From positions 1-58,052 of IMG/VR virus record IMGVR_UViG_3300009503_000396: 58,052 bases of DNA; one strand, written 5' to 3'. Below, piece by piece: positions 15,725 through 23,281 of the stretch. The DNA is from a virus (taxonomy: Duplodnaviria > Caudoviricetes). Under the pieces are notes generated by a model, which worked only from the letters and a program-made list of their open reading frames with translations, made no database searches and had not been told where the DNA came from. Every line of letters starts with the position of its first letter. Within the stretch, counting starts at the first letter, position 1. A program made the position numbers and the translations under genes.

Positions 15725-17284
15725 ATGGAACAAGTAAGAGATAAGATATTGTGTCAGATAGATGAAATAGAGAAGAACCTTTATGGCATGAGAGACATCA
15801 TCAAGATCTTCTGTCTCTCTAAAGCATGTGACTTGACTATTCTCTTGTTGGGTATCCATGCAACAGCTAAGTCTTCACTTGCTAGGTTATGGTCAATAAC
15901 CACTGGACTCAATTACCGTATAACCACCGCTTCGGAAGTTGATGAGTCACTTTTAGCCTATATTGATCCAGCCGTGTTCAGAGAGAGAAATATAGTACAG
16001 ATGAGAAGAGGAGAACTAATGGAGAAGAATCATGTAATCATAGATGAATATTTCTTATGGCCCAATAGGTTCAGAGCTAAGTTACATCAGTTGTTGGAAG
16101 AGAAGACATATGCTGGACTAGAATCACTTGTCTATACCTGGACATTCCTCTCCAATCCCCTGTCAGAGTACTATTCTGGCCAGATAGAAGACATAAACAT
16201 GGCAACAACAGACAGGATTGATCTCTTTGTCCCAGTTTACCAAGCTGCCATCGTTCCTAGTGAGACTATGATACGTAAATTCTCTAAATACGGAAGGAGA
16301 GAACGTCAACTTGATCAGATAACTACGTGGGATGATTACTTGAAAGCTAGAGAAGAGATAACCAGAGTTAATGTTCCTTCTAAGGTTATAATATGGTTGT
16401 CTCTGTTTGCACATGCACTTGCTGGTTGTAAACAAGTAAAAGAGAAATGGAATCTATCAAGAGCAAGAATGAAGAAGTTATGTGCCTCATGCAATGAAGT
16501 CAATCACCTCTGTGCGAAAGTATGCTTGTCAAAACCAAGGTTCTTGAGAGCAACTGTTATTCTTGCAAAAGGACTGGCATGGTTAAATGGACGAGACACA
16601 GTAACTCTTGAAGATGTACAAGAGGCTATCTATTATACACTTCCACACAGACTTGTGTGGATACAAGAAGAACTGTCTTATGAAGAGTCTCTGCAACGTG
16701 TGCCAGAACTCATCCAACAGTTCAATGATGACATGCTTGCATGGAAGAATAGAGGTATCTTCACTCAACTAGGAAAAGTAATTGAAGCTAGTAAGAAAAT
16801 ACCACCAGTCTATGAAGAGAAGGTAGGTCAAGACTTATTAGCTGATGTAGCAGAGATATTCCTTCTGAAACAATTTGTGTCAGAAACATTGGAAGCAATT
16901 AAACAGGATGTCTGTAACTTCTACAAACTAGAGGCCAAGAATCAGACATTCAAGACATTGAAAGAAGTAAGGCAATTCCTTGAGCAGTCTGGGTTGAATG
17001 CTTATGACAAGGAGATGTTGTTGTATGACATTGCTCCGTCTAATCTATCTTTGACACTTCCACTTGATCTCGATAGGTTAGTAACAGTGCTTGTTACCTT
17101 CCACAAACAAAACAAAGTCTCTATTGATCCTCAGAAGGTCTTGCTTCAAAGACTTGCAGAGAGTACAAGTTTTGATTCTGACCTTGTTAGACTACATGAG
17201 TACAATGGTTTGGTAAAGATTCTGTTCAATACAGAGAAGGACAAAGAACAGTTTGAACGTTTATGGGAGGGTCAAGATGTCTGA
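15725..17284 (+). CDS. MoxR/RavA-like AAA+ ATPase
   Basis: Walker A-like GIHATAKSSLAR, Walker B VIIDE, SNP sensor I, TDRI, lid AWLNGRDTVTLEDV...LPHRL. Confidence 0.8.
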   Translation: MEQVRDKILCQIDEIEKNLYGMRDIIKIFCLSKACDLTILLLGIHATAKSSLARLWSITTGLNYRITTASEVDESLLAYIDPAVFRERNIVQMRRGELMEKNHVIIDEYFLWPNRFRAKLHQLLEEKTYAGLESLVYTWTFLSNPLSEYYSGQIEDINMATTDRIDLFVPVYQAAIVPSETMIRKFSKYGRRERQLDQITTWDDYLKAREEITRVNVPSKVIIWLSLFAHALAGCKQVKEKWNLSRARMKKLCASCNEVNHLCAKVCLSKPRFLRATVILAKGLAWLNGRDTVTLEDVQEAIYYTLPHRLVWIQEELSYEESLQRVPELIQQFNDDMLAWKNRGIFTQLGKVIEASKKIPPVYEEKVGQDLLADVAEIFLLKQFVSETLEAIKQDVCNFYKLEAKNQTFKTLKEVRQFLEQSGLNAYDKEMLLYDIAPSNLSLTLPLDLDRLVTVLVTFHKQNKVSIDPQKVLLQRLAESTSFDSDLVRLHEYNGLVKILFNTEKDKEQFERLWEGQDV

Positions 17285-17780
17285 GTTTAAAGACCAAACA
17301 GAAACATATCCAGATGTGTATGGCTATACGATCAAAAGAGAACGGAAAGAACGTGTAGTTATCCAAGGAGTACACATGGAGATAAAGAAATACACAACAA
17401 CACAAGGAACAAAAGGCATACGTATATCGTTACTAGAGAACACAGGAGAGTTCTTCATAAAGTTCAATGAGTATCTCAGTAGTATCGAGAACCATAGACC
17501 AGAGGAAGAGAGAGCGTTAAACATGTGGTCATTCACTACTTTCTGTTCCGCTGATCCAGGTCTACAAGTGATGGATGAGACTGGTTTCTATGTCTATCAG
17601 AACCATATTGTCTTCAATGAAGAGAAGAATGCAGCATCACCTCAAGAAAGACTAATCAGATTTGTTGAATACTACAAGAAGAGGTTTGGCCTGAAGACAC
17701 GACTGAAGGAGGATGAGTTTGAGGACTTGGAGATGTTGGAGGTAGGACATCTTGAAGGAGTTGATCACACCAAAGAATGA
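17277..17780 (+). CDS. hypothetical protein in AAA/VWA operon
   Basis: Overlaps AAA stop; acidic C-terminus. Confidence 0.6.
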   Translation: MSEFKDQTETYPDVYGYTIKRERKERVVIQGVHMEIKKYTTTQGTKGIRISLLENTGEFFIKFNEYLSSIENHRPEEERALNMWSFTTFCSADPGLQVMDETGFYVYQNHIVFNEEKNAASPQERLIRFVEYYKKRFGLKTRLKEDEFEDLEMLEVGHLEGVDHTKE

Positions 17781-18612
17781 GAAGAGCGTAAGAGAACGTA
17801 TCCAAGAACTTCTTGTGAGAGCATGGTCAATAGCTAAACCAATGTTTGCACGCATGCAACTACACTTCAAAGTTTATCCAATAGAATCATACTTCTCTAC
17901 TGCTGGTCACATATTCTGGGTTACTCCTGTCTGGAGAGGAGAAGCATTTACACTCTCTATTCTCTTACATGAAGGTCTTCACTGGGCATTGTATCCAGTA
18001 GATGTGTTTAGAAACATAAAAGACATCTATGAAGCAAGAAGACTGCTAGCAGAGGAGCTACACTATCAACCTAAGATCATTCATAAAGACTTGTGGAGAA
18101 TAGAAGAAGATTGGTCAGACTTTGAATACTCCTTTGAAGAGTTCCAACTTGTCTGTAATATTCTTGGAGACTACATTGTAAACCTCTGGATACATGATCA
18201 CTATCCAACAGTGTGGAAAGACTTGTGGGATTTCTTGTACAAAGAAGGAACATTCTATGAGAAGGAGAAAGCATTGAAACGTGATACTTCTTTTCTGTTG
18301 TACTTGGCTGCTTATCCAGAACTGATAAGAGGTCTCCCTTCAGTTGAGCTCCAAGAGTCTTCAACGAAAGCACTTGTACCACATATCGTCAGGATTGTCC
18401 GTCTAGTAAGAGAAGGACGAATATCTACACCATATGCCCTGAAAGAGTTAGTAAAGATATTCCACAATAAGATACAACAAGACTTGAAAGAACAACAACA
18501 GAAAGGCAAACAAGGAGAAGAAGAGATGAAATGTCCTCAGTGTCATTCAGACAAAGGATGGGAAATAGTAGCTTACTATGATGAGAAGAAGAAATCATGG
18601 GTGAGTGTCTAA
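17752..18612 (+). CDS. HExxH putative metallopeptidase (VWA-associated type)
   Basis: ILLHEGLH followed by CNILGDYIVN (NxxxDxxxN); Q/K/G/E linker; terminal CPQC. Confidence 0.7.
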   Translation: MKELITPKNEKSVRERIQELLVRAWSIAKPMFARMQLHFKVYPIESYFSTAGHIFWVTPVWRGEAFTLSILLHEGLHWALYPVDVFRNIKDIYEARRLLAEELHYQPKIIHKDLWRIEEDWSDFEYSFEEFQLVCNILGDYIVNLWIHDHYPTVWKDLWDFLYKEGTFYEKEKALKRDTSFLLYLAAYPELIRGLPSVELQESSTKALVPHIVRIVRLVREGRISTPYALKELVKIFHNKIQQDLKEQQQKGKQGEEEMKCPQCHSDKGWEIVAYYDEKKKSWVSV

Positions 18613-18836
18613 TGGGAGGGAAATACTTGGAGAAGATAGTCCTCAAATGCCCTCATTGTGGGCATCCTCTCAAAGTGAAGTATGTCAAAGATCCATTTGA
18701 GATAATCTACACATGTGAACACTGCAAAGGAGATTGGGAATGGACAGACTGGACTGAATACTTTGCTAGCCTAGAAAAGAAGTTCAATCCATCTAAGAAA
18801 GGAAGTGTCTTACATGAAAGTAAAGGTAAAGTGTAA
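18612..18836 (+). CDS. zinc-ribbon protein
   Basis: CPHCG...YTCEHC. Confidence 0.6.
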   Translation: MGGKYLEKIVLKCPHCGHPLKVKYVKDPFEIIYTCEHCKGDWEWTDWTEYFASLEKKFNPSKKGSVLHESKGKV

Positions 18837-19800
18837 GAACTGTGGATACACCTTTGAAGTAGACTTGAAACTTTCACCTCTTGGTCCTTTGAATCCAATA
18901 CAGAAGAGAGAGTTAGGACCTAAGATCAAGATTGATAAAGCATCACTTGACAAGATCTTGGACATAGCAAAGGGTGCTTCTTATGATGAACTAGAAAAGA
19001 TGGGTCTAGATATTCCTATTCCAGAATGGGAAGATGCACTGCAACGAGCAACAGTTAGACGCTTCTTGTTGGATAACTTGAAAGTAGCTAAGACCAAGAA
19101 ACGGAGAATGGGAGAGAAGTTTGTTACAGGCACTGAACCTTTCAGAATGGGAGATAGTTTCAAAGACATAAGTCTGCCAGCAAGTGAAGTAGCTAGCCTT
19201 GGTGTGGAAGATATTCGCCTTGTACCAGGTGTGACTCTCCAGAAGAAAGTCTTTGGGAGAACGAAAGGATATGATGTCGAAGAACTGAAAGGAACTAAGT
19301 TGTTGGTTATCTTGGATGGTAGTGGGAGTATGCTTGTTGGTCAAGAAGCAGATATGTCTGGAAAAGTAGGGAAAGCACTCATGATAGCTAAAGAACTCTA
19401 TGACTTGTCACAAAAGTTTGGATTTGAATATGATCTTGTTGTCTTCTCAGACTTAGCTATGCGAATACCAAGAGAAGACTTGAAAACATTCTTCAAAGAT
19501 ATTTCTTACAGAAACAACATGAGAATTTGGAATGGTGGTACACGTTTACGTAGAGGTCTTGAGAAGTTCACTGAGGCAGAGTACAAAGATGCTAATGTCA
19601 TTATCTTGTCAGACATGGAACTAGGTGACATATCAGAGACAAAGGATAAGATCATAGAAATAACTAAACTAACAAATAGCTTCAAGATAGTTCTAATTGA
19701 ACATAGTGACTATGACTTGAAACTGAGAGAAGACGCTACACGACAACTCTTTCCACCAGATGTAAACTTACAAGTATTAGCTATTCCAGTTAGAAGATAA
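18814..19800 (+). CDS. von Willebrand factor A domain protein
   Basis: MIDAS LLVILDGSGSM, VVFS, GGT, VIILSD; N-terminal CKNC. Confidence 0.85.
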   Translation: MKVKVKCKNCGYTFEVDLKLSPLGPLNPIQKRELGPKIKIDKASLDKILDIAKGASYDELEKMGLDIPIPEWEDALQRATVRRFLLDNLKVAKTKKRRMGEKFVTGTEPFRMGDSFKDISLPASEVASLGVEDIRLVPGVTLQKKVFGRTKGYDVEELKGTKLLVILDGSGSMLVGQEADMSGKVGKALMIAKELYDLSQKFGFEYDLVVFSDLAMRIPREDLKTFFKDISYRNNMRIWNGGTRLRRGLEKFTEAEYKDANVIILSDMELGDISETKDKIIEITKLTNSFKIVLIEHSDYDLKLREDATRQLFPPDVNLQVLAIPVRR

Positions 19801-19810
19801 AAATAGGTGA

Positions 19811-20026
19811 GTGAAGAAAAGAGAGTTGGTAACTATGGCTAGATTCAAAATGAAGAATGACTTCTATGAAGTAACAATCAAGAGTGCAAATATCAACAAG
19901 ATAGAAATAGAGATTGTGTTCTCGGAGAAGGAAATACCAGAACAAGAGATTCGAAATCTTGAACAATCACTACGACTCATCCTAGAAGCTTGTGGAAGGT
20001 TTACACCAAACCCTTCTAAAAGATGA
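19811..20026 (+). CDS. hypothetical protein
   Basis: ORF in array. Confidence 0.5.
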   Translation: MKKRELVTMARFKMKNDFYEVTIKSANINKIEIEIVFSEKEIPEQEIRNLEQSLRLILEACGRFTPNPSKR

Positions 20027-20493
20027 TCTGGATGTACACCTTCCAGAGATTTACTCCACGAATGAAGAAACAAGTTCTTCACTTCTTCGAGTCATTAAGT
20101 CTAGACACAAGAAAGAAGGCTAGTGTATCTGGAGTAGATGCCAACACATTGTACTTCAACTTCCGTCAGAACTGGAGAGAGAAGGTTGCTGTTGTGTTGT
20201 TGAAGGACACTGAAGTAATAGCTGTTGGAGAACTAAGTCCTTGTGCAGATGGTTATGAAATGCAGTCTGTATTCGTTAGAGATGATTTGCAACACAAAGG
20301 CATTGGTACAAAGTTAGTCAAATACCTCTTTGCTCTTTCTCTTTTGAATGGCAAGAGAATTATCTATGCAAGTGTCTTGAAAGACAATTACATTGCTTTA
20401 GACTTCTACAAGAAACTAGGCTTTAGGATAATAGGAAGAAATGAAATTGTTTATAAACTAGTTAAGAGACTTGACATGAGGGTGTATTCATGA
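20023..20493 (+). CDS. GNAT N-acetyltransferase
   Basis: VFVRDDLQHKGIGTKL (motif A); N..ALDFYKKLGF. Confidence 0.9.
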   Translation: MIWMYTFQRFTPRMKKQVLHFFESLSLDTRKKASVSGVDANTLYFNFRQNWREKVAVVLLKDTEVIAVGELSPCADGYEMQSVFVRDDLQHKGIGTKLVKYLFALSLLNGKRIIYASVLKDNYIALDFYKKLGFRIIGRNEIVYKLVKRLDMRVYS

Positions 20494-20720
20494 GCAGGAT
20501 ATGGGATTGGATTGGTCGTAAAGTGTTGTCGAAAGGAGAGGTACCTCCAGGTATGGATTTCTGTGATGCTTGTGGTAAGATCTATCCCAAAGAGGACATG
20601 CACCATGTACTGATTCCTGGTGAAGGAGAAGTTATTCTCTGTGAAGAGTGTATTGAGATACCACCTTCTTGGTTGAAGTTTCCATACAGGGCTAAGAGGG
20701 TGAAGAATGAAACCCAATAA
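20490..20720 (+). CDS. zinc-finger hypothetical protein
   Basis: CDACG...LCEEC. Confidence 0.6.
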   Translation: MSRIWDWIGRKVLSKGEVPPGMDFCDACGKIYPKEDMHHVLIPGEGEVILCEECIEIPPSWLKFPYRAKRVKNETQ

Positions 20721-21138
20721 TTACTACATAGATGGTTCAAGTGCTGGTCTCTATGGTTACTATGAGACTCAGACGGGAAAAGCAGTCATAATTGAAGATG
20801 ACATGGAACTCACTAACAACCAAGCAGAATGGCTTGCACTCTATACCCTTGTTCTTGACTTGCCTGATGATTGGGAGGGCACAGTGTATTCTGATTCAGA
20901 ACTAGTAGTCAATCAGTTCAATGGTGAGTATGCTATTAGAGATCCAGAACTACGGAGAATAGCTAGACTAGTAAGAACTGTCTGTGAGAGTAAACACTTG
21001 AGACTTAGACTCATCTGGATACCAAGAGAAGCAAATGAAGCAGGAAAAGAAATAGAGAGAAGATTGGCAAGAAGAAGAGTTGCACGATGGTTGGCAGAAC
21101 AGGAAGGATTGTGTGGAGATGAAATCCCTCAGACATAA
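20707..21138 (+). CDS. rnhA: ribonuclease HI
   Basis: YIDGS, TNNQAEW, YSDSELVVNQ.NG.Y, WIPRE.N. Confidence 0.9.
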   Translation: MKPNNYYIDGSSAGLYGYYETQTGKAVIIEDDMELTNNQAEWLALYTLVLDLPDDWEGTVYSDSELVVNQFNGEYAIRDPELRRIARLVRTVCESKHLRLRLIWIPREANEAGKEIERRLARRRVARWLAEQEGLCGDEIPQT

Positions 21139-22645
21139 TGGAGTATACATTCCAACCTACTCACCAATAGGTCTGAGGATAAAGTTCAAAGGAAGAACAA
21201 TAGACTTAAGTGACGAAGCAGAGAACATGGCTGTTCAATTTGTCAAGAAGTTTGGTACTCCATATGTGGAAGACAAAGTCTTTGTGACTAATTTCTTGAC
21301 AGACTTCTCAAAGGCAATTGATGTAGACAAGGAAGAAGGATGTCTTGAACTTAAGAACTATGACTTCTCTGAGATACAACATTATCTAGAGGAAGTGAAG
21401 AAAAGGACAGAAGCAATGACCAAAGAAGAGAAGAAGTTGGCCTCTCATTTGAAGAAACTTGTCCGAGAAAGACTGAAGGAACAATACGGTTACGCCTATG
21501 TGGATGGTGTGAAGACACCACTCATGAACTGGGCAGTAGAACCAGCTAGTATCTTCATGAGCAAAGGAAACAATCCTCTAAGAGGAAGATGGAAGAGAGC
21601 AGTTAAGAAAGAAGAGATCGTGCTCAATAGTTCTGAACCAATGCCTGGATGGAAGACGGTGTGGGAACCAGAACAGATGTGGATAGCCAAGTGGCCAGAA
21701 GTCTTTGATCCTACAAGATACAAGTATGTGTGGTTACATCCATCTTCCTCTCTTCGACAAGAAAGGGAACAAGCTAAGTTTGACAAGGCATTGGAACTGG
21801 AACACAAGATCAACTTAGTCAAGGAATTCATCGAGAAAGAACTTTCCAGCAAGGATGAGACAAGAAGGAAGTTAGCAACTGTATGTTGGTTGATGATGCA
21901 TCTTGGGATACGAGTAGGAGATGAGAAGATCGCTGGAGAACGTGGGACGGTAGGATGTACTACACTGAAACCAAGCAATGTTATCTTGGAAGATGGCAAC
22001 AAGGTTGTCCTAGACTTCATCGGAAAAGACTTTGTTCACTGGCACAGAGAAATAGTAGTTCCTCAACAAGTGTATGAGAACTTAAAAGAGTTCAGGGAAT
22101 CTGCTGGAACAGACTTTATTTTCAAAGGACTCAACTCAGCTAAAGTTTCAAGATTCCTCAAGGAAGTTGTACCTGGATTGAGTGCTAAAGTCTTCAGGAC
22201 ATATCTAGCTGGTACTCTCTGGGACAGACATGCCAATGAGAATGCAAAGTATGTGTTTGATGATACACCAGAACATGTAAGGAAGTACTTGTTCAAGAAG
22301 ACAAATCTTGAAGTGGCAAAAGCACTCAACCACAAGAAGGCACTGCCAAAGAACTTCAGTGAGAGACTAGCAAAGAAAGAAGAACGTTTGAAGAAGGAAT
22401 ATGAGAAATTACTGTTGATACCACAAGACAAAACAGAGAAGTGGAGGAAACAGAGGATGAAAGTAGAAAAACTAGCTGCAGAACTAGAACTCATGAAAGA
22501 GACAGCCGAATGGAATTTGAACACATCTCTTACATCTTACATTGATCCTAGGAGAGTTCTTAAATTCTTAAAGAGGATAGAACTACCAGTTGAAGATGTA
22601 TACTCAAAAGCTTTGAGGGAGAAGTTCTCATGGGCTATTACTTAG
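21119..22645 (+). CDS. top1: DNA topoisomerase IB (eukaryote/Thaumarchaeota-like long form)
   Basis: SLRHNG, GIRVGDEK, TVGCTTL, DFIGKD, SAKVFRTY, LNHKK, TSLTSYIDPR (catalytic R-K-R-H-Y). Confidence 0.95.
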   Translation: MKSLRHNGVYIPTYSPIGLRIKFKGRTIDLSDEAENMAVQFVKKFGTPYVEDKVFVTNFLTDFSKAIDVDKEEGCLELKNYDFSEIQHYLEEVKKRTEAMTKEEKKLASHLKKLVRERLKEQYGYAYVDGVKTPLMNWAVEPASIFMSKGNNPLRGRWKRAVKKEEIVLNSSEPMPGWKTVWEPEQMWIAKWPEVFDPTRYKYVWLHPSSSLRQEREQAKFDKALELEHKINLVKEFIEKELSSKDETRRKLATVCWLMMHLGIRVGDEKIAGERGTVGCTTLKPSNVILEDGNKVVLDFIGKDFVHWHREIVVPQQVYENLKEFRESAGTDFIFKGLNSAKVSRFLKEVVPGLSAKVFRTYLAGTLWDRHANENAKYVFDDTPEHVRKYLFKKTNLEVAKALNHKKALPKNFSERLAKKEERLKKEYEKLLLIPQDKTEKWRKQRMKVEKLAAELELMKETAEWNLNTSLTSYIDPRRVLKFLKRIELPVEDVYSKALREKFSWAIT

Positions 22646-23085
22646 AGATTCTCTCTGGTGAAGAACGTTCATCGGTAACGTTAAGCCATCATGCCTCTGT
22701 ATCTACTGAAGGAAAGAAATCCTTGAAGAAATATAGTGACAAAGTCTTAGTCTTTCTCTATTTGGATGATCAGCTCGTCTGGGCAAACGATGAAAGGAAA
22801 GTATGGTTTGAAATAGCCAACAAGTCTCTGCAAGTTAACTCAGAATATATAGGACAACCTAATGCTTATCGTGCTTATTTAAGAATAGACCTCAAGGCAA
22901 AAGCAGATGTCACATTCAATGTAATTGAAATAAACCTCAAAGAAGAAGATGTCCTGTATACCAGGAGACTACAAATGCCAGCATGCCTTACTCTTCGCAC
23001 CAATGAGAGAATTATAGTAGAAATAGTAGATAAGGGTGATGAACCTGGAAAGTATTTCATTCCCAAAGCAGAAAGGACAAGCTAA
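22630..23085 (+). CDS. hypothetical protein
   Basis: 151-aa beta-rich ORF. Confidence 0.55.
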   Translation: MGYYLEILSGEERSSVTLSHHASVSTEGKKSLKKYSDKVLVFLYLDDQLVWANDERKVWFEIANKSLQVNSEYIGQPNAYRAYLRIDLKAKADVTFNVIEINLKEEDVLYTRRLQMPACLTLRTNERIIVEIVDKGDEPGKYFIPKAERTS

Positions 23086-23218
23086 AGAAGCACTCATAGA
23101 ATTAATGAGAGAAATATGTAGAAAGTGCAAACACATTGACACTGACATCAATGATCCCTGTTGTACTGAGTGTAAGTTTAGAAAATATGAACAGTTGATC
23201 TATTCTTTCTTGGAGTGA
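23036..23218 (+). CDS. small Cys-rich protein
   Basis: CRKC...CCTEC. Confidence 0.5.
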   Translation: MMNLESISFPKQKGQAKEALIELMREICRKCKHIDTDINDPCCTECKFRKYEQLIYSFLE

Positions 23219-23251
23219 ATAAGTGCAGCTGTTTGGTCCCATGGTAATATT

Positions 23252-23259
23252 TTTATAAT
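23252..23259 (+). promoter_or_regulatory. putative TATA box
   Basis: TTTATAAT in an AT-rich gap before the amidinotransferase. Confidence 0.5.
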
Positions 23260-23281
23260 TAAAAAAGACAATGGAAAAAGT

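Noticed and set aside
18604-18810. AGTGTCT direct repeat flanking the middle zinc-ribbon gene as a target-site duplication
   Set aside because: Only 7 bp, and removing the 200-nt unit does not restore the reading frame; no transposase or terminal inverted repeats
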